64,000 nt of DNA from Candidatus Omnitrophota bacterium. GTDB taxonomy: Bacteria; Omnitrophota; Gorgyraeia; Duberdicusellales; 4484-171. This document shows, piece after piece, positions 1 through 10,217 of the stretch. Both the position numbers and the translations under genes were made by a program. Each line of letters begins with the position of its first letter. The first letter of the stretch is position 1. The notes under the pieces were generated by a model. That model was not told where the DNA came from and searched no databases. It was given only the letters and a program-made list of their open reading frames with translations. The stretch is taken from assembly GCA_043823745.1 (NCBI GenBank), contig JBDRAN010000006.1, positions 40,176 through 104,175 of the forward strand, given 5' to 3'.

Positions 1-1
1 G

Positions 2-187
2 CTATCATACCTCGCGCCAGGAAGCTTTGTGGACGTGAAAGCAAAATCAGTTCCGGTAAAAGAAAAAATTATCATCACCAAGAAAGGTGATAATTTTTAT
101 TTTGTCCGCTATCAAAACGCTGCAAAAGAATTTGACCAATACGATGCCGCTTTTTCTCATATGGTTAGTACGATGAAATTAAAATAG
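2..187 (+). CDS. 3' end of a hypothetical protein truncated by the window edge
   Basis: Open frame from position 2 to TAG at 185-187 (LSYLAPGSFVD...FDQYDAAFSHMVSTMKLK*). Confidence 0.55.
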   Translation, partial: LSYLAPGSFVDVKAKSVPVKEKIIITKKGDNFYFVRYQNAAKEFDQYDAAFSHMVSTMKLK

Positions 188-395
188 CTCTTCGCACCAA
201 CCCCTCCCTTTATATCATCAAAACTCACAACGATTCGATCGCGCCTCAACGACCCTGTAAAAGATAGTTTTTACGATCGATCGCCTGCCCCTCGCCGAGA
301 TTGACCAACAAGCTTTCTGCTTTAATACTCCTTTTGAGCACAATACTCATTTTCCATGACGAGGCAGCTAAATTATGCTACAATAGTCCCCGATT

Positions 396-2081
396 ATGAA
401 ACCAAACTTTATTACCGAAATTATTGACGAACACAATAAAACCGGAAGGTTTTCCGGTCGGGTGCATACGCGTTTTCCGCCCGAACCCAACGGCTATCTC
501 CATATCGGCCATGCCAAATCAATTTACCTTAACTACGGACTCGCCCGGCAATACAACGGCATGTTTAATTTCCGCTTTGACGACACCAACCCCTGCAAAG
601 AAGAACAAGAGTATGTTGATTCGATCGTCGAAGATGTCAGATGGCTTGGCGCTGACTGGCAGGACCGGCTTTTTTACGCCTCTGATTATTTCATGCAGAT
701 GTATGATTATGCCGTTATGCTTATTAAAAAAGGTAAAGCGTATGTCTGTGATCTGGGTACCGAGGAAATTCGCGCGCATCGGGGAAATTTGACTGAAGCC
801 GGGAAAGAAAGCCCGTTTCGTAACCGCTCGATCGAAGAAAATATTCAGTTATTCGAGCGCATGCGCGCGGGGGAATTTTCCGACGGCTCCAAAACTCTAC
901 GGGCAAAAATCGACATGACGCATCCGAATTTCACCATGCGCGATCCGGTGATGTATCGCATTGTGCACGCGACCCACCACCGCACCGGTAATGACTGGTG
1001 TATCTACCCTATGTATGACTGGGCGCACGGCCTTGAAGATTCTCTCGAAGGCATAACGCATTCTATCTGCACCCTTGAATTCGAAAACCACCGCCCGCTC
1101 TATGACTGGTTTTTAAGCGCACTGGGAATATTTCACCCCCAGCAAATCGAATTCGCCCGGCTCAACCTGACCTATACCGTCTTAAGCAAACGTAAACTCC
1201 TTGAGCTGGTGCAAACAAAACAGGTACGTGGCTGGGATGATCCACGTATGCCCACCCTGGCCGGCTTACGGCGCCGGGGTTACCCGGCAGAAGCGATACA
1301 TAATTTCTGCGACGAAATAGGTGTTGCTAAATTCAACAGCACCATCGATGTAACAATTTTAGAGGAAGCGGTGCGCAGGATTTTAAATAAAAGTGCCGGG
1401 CGCGTTATGGCGGTGCTGCGGCCGCTTAAAATTATTATCACCAATTACCCCGAAGGCCAAACCGAGAATTTAAGCGCCGTCAATAACCCCGAAGACCCAG
1501 CGGCGGGAACGCGCAGCGTTCCGTTTTCACGAGAGCTCTACATTGAACGTGACGATTTCCGGGAAAATCCTCCGAAAGAGTTTTTCCGCCTCACACCGCA
1601 ACGAGAGGTACGTTTACGCTACGCATATTTTATCAGGTGCACTGATGTTATTAAAAACCCTGATGGCTCAATTAAAGAATTACATTGCACCTATGACCCG
1701 CAAACCCGCGGCGGAGATTCACCCGATGGACGCAAAGTAAAGGCAACATTGCACTGGGTTTCGGCCACGCAGGCAGTACGATCGACCGTCAGACTGTATG
1801 ACCGCCTCTTTAAGAATGAGGATCCCGATGACGCCCCAGACGGAAGCTTTCTGGACAACGTTAACCCTCGATCGCTTGAGACCATATCCGACGCATGGCT
1901 TGAACCAAGCCTTGCGAATGCAGCTGTGGGCACGCGTTATCAATTCGAACGCCTGGGCTATTTTTGCCTTGACCCTAAAGATTCAACAGCCGCCAACCTC
2001 GTCTTTAGCCGTATCGTTACCCTTAAAGATACCTGGGCTAAGATAGAAAAGAAAATGAAACCACCGGCGCGTACGGTATAA
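396..2081 (+). CDS. glnS: Glutamine--tRNA ligase
   Basis: [17 protein letters not shown] (HIGH motif), LSKRK (KMSKS-like), C-terminal YQFERLGYF; 561 aa. Confidence 0.97.
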   Translation: MKPNFITEIIDEHNKTGRFSGRVHTRFPPEPNGYLHIGHAKSIYLNYGLARQYNGMFNFRFDDTNPCKEEQEYVDSIVEDVRWLGADWQDRLFYASDYFMQMYDYAVMLIKKGKAYVCDLGTEEIRAHRGNLTEAGKESPFRNRSIEENIQLFERMRAGEFSDGSKTLRAKIDMTHPNFTMRDPVMYRIVHATHHRTGNDWCIYPMYDWAHGLEDSLEGITHSICTLEFENHRPLYDWFLSALGIFHPQQIEFARLNLTYTVLSKRKLLELVQTKQVRGWDDPRMPTLAGLRRRGYPAEAIHNFCDEIGVAKFNSTIDVTILEEAVRRILNKSAGRVMAVLRPLKIIITNYPEGQTENLSAVNNPEDPAAGTRSVPFSRELYIERDDFRENPPKEFFRLTPQREVRLRYAYFIRCTDVIKNPDGSIKELHCTYDPQTRGGDSPDGRKVKATLHWVSATQAVRSTVRLYDRLFKNEDPDDAPDGSFLDNVNPRSLETISDAWLEPSLANAAVGTRYQFERLGYFCLDPKDSTAANLVFSRIVTLKDTWAKIEKKMKPPARTV

Positions 2082-2196
2082 TGCTCAGAGCGCACTAAAC
2101 GTATAACCCTATTGCTATTTATCGCAATCGGTATATAATAACGCCAATCCGAAAAAACGACCTACCTTTATATGCTATTTTTTACCTCGGTAAAAC

Positions 2197-5100
2197 ATGC
2201 GAGGCCGCGCTAAGCGGCTTGTGTCGATAAAACACGTAAAGAGTATACGCCTGGCTATGACTACCCAAAAGAAAAATAAAAGAATACCACGAAAGCTAAA
2301 ACCAAAACGTAGCCCTCCGGCGAGCCATCTGTTTGACGTCACCGGTTACGGCGTCTGCCGATACCTGGTGAACGAAGAAAGAATACTTTTTGCAAACCAA
2401 GGTGTCATTGACATTATGGGCTTACGCTGCAAACCCGAAGAGCTTACGGGAAAATGTTTTGATGATATTTTCGCTCTTATCGATAAGCCGGACACGATTA
2501 AAAAAGCGCTTGCATCGGGCGATGAAATTATTCATACCGAATGTCATTTCAAGACCCTTACCGGGGAAGAAAAATGGATTTTACTCGACGCTCGAATCAA
2601 GAGAAATCCCGCAACGACGAAAAAAACAGCTGAAGCGATCATCCGGGACATTACGTATCTAAAACTCTCCGAACATAATCTTGCAGCCCTCAATCAGAAG
2701 CTGAAGATGCTCGTTGAATGCAGCCAGACGATCGTGCACGCTACCGACGAGCAGGAATTACTGAAAAAAATATGTGACATTATCATTACCGAAGGCGAAT
2801 ACCGCTTCACCTGGATCGGTTTGGCACGGGACAATGAGCAGAAGACCGTCGAACCAATTGTCTGGGCAGGCTACGAGAAGGATTACTTACAAACAATCCG
2901 CGTAAGTTGGGGCATCAATGAATATGGCCAAGGTCCTGTGGGAACCGCCATACGCACCGGTAAATCAAATATCAATCGCAACATCCTGGTTGACCCTCAA
3001 TACGGTCTCTGGCGCGAAGAAGCATTGCGGCGCGGATATAACGCCTCAATTTCACTGCCGCTTGTAATTGATAACCTCTGTATCGGCGCGTTAAATATCT
3101 ACGCCAGCTGCGCCGAAGCATTTGACCCTGACGAAGCACTCCTTCTTTCGGAATTAGCCAGTGACATTTCATACGGGATCACCACCTTGCGTGCGCGCAA
3201 CGAAAAAAATAAAACTGAGGCTGCGCTTGCCGAAAGCGAGGAACGCTTCCGTAAAGCATTTGAAACGACCGGCATCGGCATGGCACTGGTAGCATTGGAT
3301 GGTCGATGGCTTAAAGTCAATCGCACCCTCTGTGAAATCGTCGGTTACAGCACCGAGGAGCTCCTTTCAATGAGTTTTCAGGATATTACTCATCAGGATG
3401 ATCTGGGAGCCGACGTCAGTTACGTGCAAAGGATGCTCCGTAGGGAAATTCTCTATTACCACCAGGAGAAACGCTATGTGCACAAACAGAGCCACATCAT
3501 CTGGGTATTGCTGAGCGCTTCTCTTGTGACCAGCCCCACCGGAGAACCACTCTATTTTGTATTTCAAATACAAAATATTACCGATCGTAAAAAAGCAGAA
3601 GAAGCGTTGCGTGCGGGGGAGCGCTTTCTTTCAAGCTGCTTCACCAGCATTCAAGATGGCATCAATATACTCGATAAAGAAATGAATATCCTCCGGGTTA
3701 ACCCGGTAATGGAAACCTGGTACGCTCATGCAATGCCCCTGGTCGGAAAGAAATGTTATGACGCCTATCACAGCCGCACGCGGCAATGCGAAATCTGCCC
3801 CAGCGCGCAAACAATCGTATCAGAGAAAGCCGCGTATGAAGAAGTCCCTAAGCGCGGGCCGGGCGGAGAAATTGTCGGGTGGCTCGATCTCTACAGTTTT
3901 CCCCTTATTGACCAGGAAACAGGAACCATGAAAGGCGTCATTGAGTATGTCCGCGATATTACCGAACGTAAACGTGCCGAAGAAGCGCTGAAAGAAAGCA
4001 AGGAGCGGTTTGAACAGATCGCCAACAACGCGTATGAATGGGTTTGGGAAATAGATCAAAACGGCCTTTATGTGTACTCAAACCCCGCGGTTGAAAAGAT
4101 ACTCGGATACCGGCCCGAAGAACTTGTAGGGGAAAAATTTTTTTACGATTTCTTCACTCCTCAAAGCACAGAGCAACTCGCCATGGATGCGCGTGCCGCC
4201 TTCCAAAAGCAACAGCCGATTAAAAATTTTATTAATCCCTGTGTTACAAAAACCGGAGCCATCGTCGTCCTTGAGTCAAACGGAACTCCGATTCTTGACA
4301 AGCAAGGAGCCTTTTGCGGCTACCGCGGTATCAATGTTGATGTTACCCAACGCAAAGCGCTTGAGGAACTCAAAGATAACTTCATTAATACGATTTCCCA
4401 CGAGCTTAAGACGCCTCTCTCTATCACTAAAGAAGGCGTGAGTTTAGTGCTCGATGGGATACTCGGTGACATCAATGAAAAACAGGAACGAATTCTCACG
4501 ATTGCAAAGAATAACGCAGACCGTCTGGCGCGTATTATCAGCAAACTCATCAGTATTTCTCTGATCCAGTCAGGGGAAATGGAGTTCAAACGCAAGCAGA
4601 CGGATATTGTGATGATAGCCCGGCATATCATAGCTGATTACCAGGCACGCGCGCAGGATAAGGGGATTGAATTGCGCGGAGTGTTTGAAAAGGAAAAAAT
4701 CACGCTGTATATCGACGAACGCAGCATCACCCACGTATTCACCAATCTCTTAGATAATGCCGTGAAATTTGCGAAAGCCGGTGCAATCGAGCTATCAATC
4801 AAAGAATTGCCCATGACCGTTGAATGCAGCATTACCGATATGGGGGCGGGAATTGATGCCGGAAAAATTAACGACCTTTTTGATAAATTCCACCAGCTGG
4901 AGCGCGGTGACGACGCGGGTGAGAAAGGAATCGGCATCGGCCTTTCAATCACACACAGCATCATTCAAATGCATGAAGGTAATATTTGGGTTGAAAGTCC
5001 GGCGTTTCCCGATGCCGCGCAAGAGCATAGGGGGACCTGCTTTGTCTTCAGCCTGCCAAAATACGACGCGGCAACCATTGCGCAAAAACATATCAGAAAC

Positions 5101-5487
5101 GCTATTGAAAAAGCTGCCAGGCAAAATGAGAAAATGTCTGTGCTTGCCGCTGTACGCGCTCGCGACGAAGCGCTCCTTAACGAATTGCCCCGCGAAGCGT
5201 TCTTTGTGCTCTTTCAAGATATTGAAGAAATTTTAAAAGGCGGCCTGCGCAGCGGCGGAGATGTGGTCCTGGAAGACACCGGCGATATTGTCTTGGTCCT
5301 CGGGGACTGCGACAAAGAAAGCTCATACGTGCTTATCATGAGACTTCAGAAACTTATCAATGAATACCTGGAAAGCCGCAATCTTGCCGGAAAAATCAAC
5401 ATACACTTCGGCAGCGCAACCTACCCCGACGACGCTGCCGATGAAGCAACGCTCTTGGCAAAAGCAAAAAATATACAGGCAGATTGA
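2197..5487 (+). CDS. Multi-PAS/GAF sensor histidine kinase with a degenerate C-terminal GGDEF-like domain (alternative start 2257)
   Basis: PAS/PAC repeats ending DIT(E/D)RK, GAF (GQGPVGTAIRTG), H-box SHELKTPL, N-box NLLDNAVKF, G-boxes DMGAGI and GIGIGL; C-terminal IHFGSATYPDDA resembles the end of a GGDEF fold. Confidence 0.9.
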   Translation: MRGRAKRLVSIKHVKSIRLAMTTQKKNKRIPRKLKPKRSPPASHLFDVTGYGVCRYLVNEERILFANQGVIDIMGLRCKPEELTGKCFDDIFALIDKPDTIKKALASGDEIIHTECHFKTLTGEEKWILLDARIKRNPATTKKTAEAIIRDITYLKLSEHNLAALNQKLKMLVECSQTIVHATDEQELLKKICDIIITEGEYRFTWIGLARDNEQKTVEPIVWAGYEKDYLQTIRVSWGINEYGQGPVGTAIRTGKSNINRNILVDPQYGLWREEALRRGYNASISLPLVIDNLCIGALNIYASCAEAFDPDEALLLSELASDISYGITTLRARNEKNKTEAALAESEERFRKAFETTGIGMALVALDGRWLKVNRTLCEIVGYSTEELLSMSFQDITHQDDLGADVSYVQRMLRREILYYHQEKRYVHKQSHIIWVLLSASLVTSPTGEPLYFVFQIQNITDRKKAEEALRAGERFLSSCFTSIQDGINILDKEMNILRVNPVMETWYAHAMPLVGKKCYDAYHSRTRQCEICPSAQTIVSEKAAYEEVPKRGPGGEIVGWLDLYSFPLIDQETGTMKGVIEYVRDITERKRAEEALKESKERFEQIANNAYEWVWEIDQNGLYVYSNPAVEKILGYRPEELVGEKFFYDFFTPQSTEQLAMDARAAFQKQQPIKNFINPCVTKTGAIVVLESNGTPILDKQGAFCGYRGINVDVTQRKALEELKDNFINTISHELKTPLSITKEGVSLVLDGILGDINEKQERILTIAKNNADRLARIISKLISISLIQSGEMEFKRKQTDIVMIARHIIADYQARAQDKGIELRGVFEKEKITLYIDERSITHVFTNLLDNAVKFAKAGAIELSIKELPMTVECSITDMGAGIDAGKINDLFDKFHQLERGDDAGEKGIGIGLSITHSIIQMHEGNIWVESPAFPDAAQEHRGTCFVFSLPKYDAATIAQKHIRNAIEKAARQNEKMSVLAAVRARDEALLNELPREAFFVLFQDIEEILKGGLRSGGDVVLEDTGDIVLVLGDCDKESSYVLIMRLQKLINEYLESRNLAGKINIHFGSATYPDDAADEATLLAKAKNIQAD

Positions 5488-5539
5488 CCATCGCTTTTAC
5501 CACAAAGACGGCGGGATCTGTGGCGCAACAAGGAGTATC

Positions 5540-5911
5540 ATGGCTAAAAAAATTCTTTTTATTGAAGACGAACCGGATCAAAGGACTATTGTTGAAGTGC
5601 GTCTTCGAACGGCCGGCTACGACGTGATCACCGCCTGCGACGGCGAAGAAGGGCTCGCGAAGGCCCGCTTGGCGCGGCCTGACCTAATCCTCCTTGATAT
5701 CGTGATTCCCAAGCACGATGGTCTTGAGGTGTGCGCGATACTGAAAGGAGACTCGGGGACAAAGAAAATTCCGATCATCATGCTTACCGCGTACGGAGTT
5801 AACCGCGTGGAGGAAAAAAGTTTTGCTGCGGGTGCCGACGACTGCATTTCTAAACCATATGAACCACAAGAGCTGTTGCAAAAAATCAAATCGCTCCTGG
5901 GGAAACAATAA
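5540..5911 (+). CDS. Single-domain response regulator (CheY-like receiver)
   Basis: ILFIEDE, DLILLD (phospho-Asp), IIMLTA, ISKP; AGGAG SD before ATG 5540. Confidence 0.93.
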   Translation: MAKKILFIEDEPDQRTIVEVRLRTAGYDVITACDGEEGLAKARLARPDLILLDIVIPKHDGLEVCAILKGDSGTKKIPIIMLTAYGVNRVEEKSFAAGADDCISKPYEPQELLQKIKSLLGKQ

Positions 5912-5929
5912 TACACGAGGGGAGTCACG

Positions 5930-6289
5930 ATGAAAAAGGATATTATTCTGATCGGCGATAAAGTGCTGATCGATCCCGACGAAGGCGAAGGAAAAACTGA
6001 CGCGGGGCTTTACCTGCCTCAGAATGTGAAAGAGAAAGAAAAAATTCAAACCGGGACAGTCGTGAAAACCGGACCAGGCTATCCGGTACCCGACCCGGGG
6101 GCGCTTGAGCAGGAACCGTGGACAAAAGCAACACTCGACAAATATTTCCCCCTGCAGGCGCAGGAAGGCGACTATTGCATGTTCCTGCGCGATCAGGGCG
6201 TTGAGATATCCTTTGAGAAAAAACGCTATATCGTCGTTCCGCATTCGGCAATTCTCGTACTCACCCGAGATAACCGTACTGAAAATTAA
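5930..6289 (+). CDS. GroES/Cpn10-family co-chaperonin (atypical)
   Basis: GDKVLI, TDAGLYLP, TGTVVKTGPG, EGD, GVEI, IVVPHSAIL; insertion after GPG. Confidence 0.8.
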   Translation: MKKDIILIGDKVLIDPDEGEGKTDAGLYLPQNVKEKEKIQTGTVVKTGPGYPVPDPGALEQEPWTKATLDKYFPLQAQEGDYCMFLRDQGVEISFEKKRYIVVPHSAILVLTRDNRTEN

Positions 6290-6344
6290 AGCATGTGCTG
6301 TTTTTTTCAGGAACGCTGAGTAGATGATCAAAAAGGAGGGGCCC

Positions 6345-7214
6345 ATGATAAAAAAAATTGCACCGGTATGTCTGTTGGCGTTTCTCGTAGGGGTACATGT
6401 GTATGCTTTAAATACTCAAAACTCATTTGAAAAGCTGCGCGTGGGTACGGCCCAGGAGCGCTCAAAAGCAGCAGTTGAGCTTGGCAGGAAAAAAAATCCC
6501 GAGGCCATAGGCGCACTCATGGCGGCCCTGAAAGATAGCTCTGAAAATGTCCGGGGACGCGCGGCAGAGGCCCTGGGAAGGATACAAGATGCCCGCGCCA
6601 TAGACGCTCTTATCGAGACCTTGAAAGACAAAAATGCCGCAGTGCGCGCATACGCCGCAGAAGCATTAGGCAAGATTCAAGATACAAAAGCAGTTGAAGC
6701 GCTGATCGCATTACTTACTGATGCAAACGCTACCGCAAAAAGATCAGCCATTGAAGCGCTTGCAGCCATCAAAGATACCCGCGCGACAGACCAGTTGATT
6801 ACCTGTTTAAAAGATAGCGATGAAGCTATTCGGAAATTTAGCATTGATGCCCTGGCGCGCATCAAAGACACGAAAGCCGTTGAACCAATAATCGAGAGCC
6901 TTAAAGACACCTCTGCTGCCATTCGTGCAAAAGCCGCAACGGCCCTCGGAGAACTGGGTGATGCCCGCGCGCTCAAACCGCTTACGGAAGCGCTCTCCGA
7001 TAAATACAAAGACGTACGTGCCAGCGCTACCGAGGCCCTGGGAAAGCTTAATGACACCCACGCAGTAGAAGCGTTACAAAAGATGCTTGCGGATGAACAC
7101 AAAAATGTCCGGGATAACGCCAAGAAGGCAATTGCACAATTGACCGGTAAGACTCCCGAAGAGAAAAAAGAACCGGCAAGCACGGGCACCAATACAAATC
7201 TTGAACTAAAATAA
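6345..7214 (+). CDS. Exported HEAT-repeat (PBS lyase-like) protein
   Basis: Signal peptide, then about 7 repeats of the VRxxAAEALGxIxDxxAxxALxxxLxD type; AAGGAGG SD. Confidence 0.88.
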   Translation: MIKKIAPVCLLAFLVGVHVYALNTQNSFEKLRVGTAQERSKAAVELGRKKNPEAIGALMAALKDSSENVRGRAAEALGRIQDARAIDALIETLKDKNAAVRAYAAEALGKIQDTKAVEALIALLTDANATAKRSAIEALAAIKDTRATDQLITCLKDSDEAIRKFSIDALARIKDTKAVEPIIESLKDTSAAIRAKAATALGELGDARALKPLTEALSDKYKDVRASATEALGKLNDTHAVEALQKMLADEHKNVRDNAKKAIAQLTGKTPEEKKEPASTGTNTNLELK

Positions 7215-7226
7215 TTCGAATACGGA

Positions 7227-7281
7227 GCGTAAAGCAGCGGATAGCGCGTATAGTAAAAACTCTGCGCTATCCGCTCTACGC
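7227..7281. repeat. Intergenic imperfect hairpin (REP-like)
   Basis: AGCGGATAGCGCg...tGCGCTATCCGCT arms around an AAAA loop. Confidence 0.55.
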
Positions 7282-7338
7282 GTATGACTATGCGCGCACG
7301 CAGTATCGTGCCGGCGCGTAGTTATTTTTTAAACAACC

Positions 7339-9261
7339 ATGATCGCCTTAACCAACATCACGAAAAGCTACGGAGAACGAATCTTGCTCAATAATATCTC
7401 CCTGTCTATTAACCGGGGAGAGAAAATCGGCCTGATCGGCCCCAATGGGGCCGGAAAATCAACACTTTTTTCCATCATACTCAATTCACGCGAAGCATCG
7501 TCCGGCACCATCAACATACAGAAGACGACCCGCATTGGATACCTTCCTCAAGAAGTACATTTTTCATCAAATATAACCGTCCTCGGAGAGCTACTCGAGG
7601 GAAATGAAAAGATCAAAGAGCTCCTTGCGCAAAAAAAAGCTCTTGAGCTCGCGAACCAAGCCGGTGGAGCCCGCTATGGCGATATTCTTCATACCCTTGA
7701 AACGATGGGGTATTTTGCGCTTGAGCACACGGCAAAAAAAATACTCGCGGGCCTAGGATTCAAAGAGACTGATTTTACCCGGCCGGTACAAGCCTTAAGC
7801 GGTGGTTGGAAAATGCGCGTGCTCCTGGCGAAACTGCTCACCTACGATTATGACCTGCTCCTCTTAGACGAACCAACCAACCATCTTGACTTAAGTGCCG
7901 CGCTGTGGTTTAAAGATTACCTTGCGGCCTTTAAGGGTACCTTTGTCATGGTTTCCCATGATCGAGATTTCCTTGACGAGGTAACCGACTACACGCTCAT
8001 TCTCGAAAATGGCGCAATCGTCAAAATCCACGGCAATTACGAGCATTACTTAAAGATTCGCGGGGAACGTAAAATATACCTGGTGAAACAATTCAAGGAA
8101 CAGGAAAAAAAACGTAAACAATTACAGGAGTTTATCGACCGCTTCCATGCCCAACCCAACAAAGCCTCACAGGTGCGCGCGAAACGCAAAGAAATAGAAC
8201 GCATGGAAGAAATTATCGTTCCACCCGATCGTCGAGAAAGCATCCGTAGTTTTCATTTCCCGCAAACGCACAAAAGCGGGCAGAGCGCGATGCGCCTGGC
8301 CAACATCTCAAAAGCCTACGGCAGCATCCAGGTTTATAATAATTTTGATTTCGAAATCACCCGCGGAGAGAAAGCGGTGCTGGTAGGAGAAAACGGCGCC
8401 GGCAAATCAACGCTGCTTAAGATTCTTGCCGGAGTTATTGATATCGATAGCGGCACGCGTGTTGCCGGTTATAATACCGACGTCGGTTACTTTTCCCAAA
8501 CACGCATGGATGTATTAAGCCCGGAGAACACGGTGCTCCAAGAAACGTTTACCTCTGCTCGAGAATATATTTCTGAAGAAAGTATTCGCACTATCCTGGG
8601 AGCGTTTCTTTTTAGCGGTAGCGACGTCGAAAAGAAAGTAAGCGTGCTCTCCGGGGGCGAAAAAAGCAGGCTGATTCTTGCGAAACTCCTAATTCGCCCG
8701 CCTAATCTTCTTTTACTCGATGAGCCAACGACACACCTTGACGTGGACGCGGTGGATGCTCTCATCCAGGCGCTCGCCGGATACGAAGGAACGCTCGTAT
8801 TTATCAGTCACGACATCCACTTTGTGCGCTCGACCGCCACCATGGTCTACGAGGTAAGTTCTGGCCGCGTACGAAAATTCCCCGGTAATTTCGATTATTA
8901 CCGCAGCCAGAAAGACAAAACCCATGTCGTAACGCGCGCCAAACCAGGCAAGCGTACCATCTGGCAGGAAACGTTCGACGAGCTGAAAGCGCGCTCAAAA
9001 CAACGATATCGCACCCCTCAAGAGGAAGAAGAGACAAAGGCTCACAATGCACAATTATCACTCGCCATCAAGGCGCTGCGTAAAGAAAAAGAAAAGCTCG
9101 CCGCCGAGCGAGCCGTCAAGGAACGGATCATTGCCAATAAATTCAGCCATCATGGAGCCAGCGCTAAACAACAATACACCGAGCGTTTACGCGCAATCGA
9201 TGAACGCATGGGGGCGATCGAAGAAGAAATAAAACACATTAAAACAAAATTTATCTCTTGA
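7339..9261 (+). CDS. ABC-F family ATP-binding protein
   Basis: Two NBDs (GPNGAGKST/LSGG/DEPTNHLD and GENGAGKST/LSGGE/DEPT), no TM segments, C-terminal coiled coil. Confidence 0.93.
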   Translation: MIALTNITKSYGERILLNNISLSINRGEKIGLIGPNGAGKSTLFSIILNSREASSGTINIQKTTRIGYLPQEVHFSSNITVLGELLEGNEKIKELLAQKKALELANQAGGARYGDILHTLETMGYFALEHTAKKILAGLGFKETDFTRPVQALSGGWKMRVLLAKLLTYDYDLLLLDEPTNHLDLSAALWFKDYLAAFKGTFVMVSHDRDFLDEVTDYTLILENGAIVKIHGNYEHYLKIRGERKIYLVKQFKEQEKKRKQLQEFIDRFHAQPNKASQVRAKRKEIERMEEIIVPPDRRESIRSFHFPQTHKSGQSAMRLANISKAYGSIQVYNNFDFEITRGEKAVLVGENGAGKSTLLKILAGVIDIDSGTRVAGYNTDVGYFSQTRMDVLSPENTVLQETFTSAREYISEESIRTILGAFLFSGSDVEKKVSVLSGGEKSRLILAKLLIRPPNLLLLDEPTTHLDVDAVDALIQALAGYEGTLVFISHDIHFVRSTATMVYEVSSGRVRKFPGNFDYYRSQKDKTHVVTRAKPGKRTIWQETFDELKARSKQRYRTPQEEEETKAHNAQLSLAIKALRKEKEKLAAERAVKERIIANKFSHHGASAKQQYTERLRAIDERMGAIEEEIKHIKTKFIS

Positions 9262-9359
9262 CCAATACTGCGTGAAAAAAAAGTTTTCCGACTACCAAAT
9301 TAATGTTATAATAACGATTGTTGTCTAATACTTATCGGACCACATAAAAAGGTACCACT

Positions 9360-10076
9360 ATGGATTTTGCCATAGCATTAGTTGGATTGGCGGTGATAGG
9401 GGGGGTCGGCCTGATTGTTTACATGATACGGTCCCCGGCGAAGCCTCATGAACCTACGGGACAGAGGAGCATTGCCGAAGAAGAAAAAATCAGGATAGAG
9501 GGAGAACTCTTTTCCTGCAAAGATGAACGGGATCGCCTCAAAGCAGAACGTGAAAGCCTTGCAAGCGCACTACAGGAAATAAAAAAAGAAGATTCGGAGT
9601 TGCGCGATCAGATTTCACGCCTTAAAGAATGGTATGGAAAAAACCAGGAAGCACTTGAAAAAGTAAAAAAAGAAAATCTTGATCTGAAAGACAAGCTCGT
9701 CAGCCAGGAGAAAGGCATTACTGAGCACATCACGCATGTCGGAAACCTCAACAAAGAGCTCAAAGAAGCTAAAGGGAAAATTGACTATCTTGAGAAAGAA
9801 AATAAAGAGCTACTCCAGAAAATAAAAGCTCCGGGGCAGGGAGAGACCCTTCCCAAGCCTCAGGCGCCGGCGGCAGCCTCCCCAACGCATGAGCCACGCG
9901 CAAAAGAAGATAAAAAACCGGAGTCAGATGAGGCGCCACCGACGGCGCCCGAGCGCAAAGAAATAAATATCAAACCCCAGCCAACACCACCCGCTCCGAT
10001 ACCTCCCGCCGCACCGCACCCAAAAGAAGAAAAAAAGTCAGAAACACCCGACAAACCGAAAAATCCGGAAGAATAA
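9360..10076 (+). CDS. Hypothetical protein: N-terminal TM anchor, coiled coil, Pro/Lys/Glu-rich tail
   Basis: Hydrophobic N-terminus, heptad-rich middle, PxP-rich C-terminus; TGnTATAAT at 9304-9312 upstream. Confidence 0.75.
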   Translation: MDFAIALVGLAVIGGVGLIVYMIRSPAKPHEPTGQRSIAEEEKIRIEGELFSCKDERDRLKAERESLASALQEIKKEDSELRDQISRLKEWYGKNQEALEKVKKENLDLKDKLVSQEKGITEHITHVGNLNKELKEAKGKIDYLEKENKELLQKIKAPGQGETLPKPQAPAAASPTHEPRAKEDKKPESDEAPPTAPERKEINIKPQPTPPAPIPPAAPHPKEEKKSETPDKPKNPEE

Positions 10077-10144
10077 AATACACTGGTTTACGCCTCGAGC
10101 GCAGCAAGCATGTGGACACTCTACCGGGGATACCTGCGCATCGA

Positions 10145-10208
10145 TAATTCCTAATTACTAATAACGAAACATTTTTCTTTAGCAGTTCGTAATTAGTAAT
10201 TTTATAAT
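10145..10208. repeat. Heptamer-periodic inverted repeat (TAATTAC/GTAATTA type)
   Basis: taattcc taattac taataac gaa ... ttcg taattag taatt. Confidence 0.55.
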
Positions 10209-10217
10209 TTTGCACTT

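Noticed and set aside
246-350. 34-codon minus-strand ORF (MSIVLKRSIK...) upstream of glnS
   Set aside because: Short, with no recognisable motif or clear SD.
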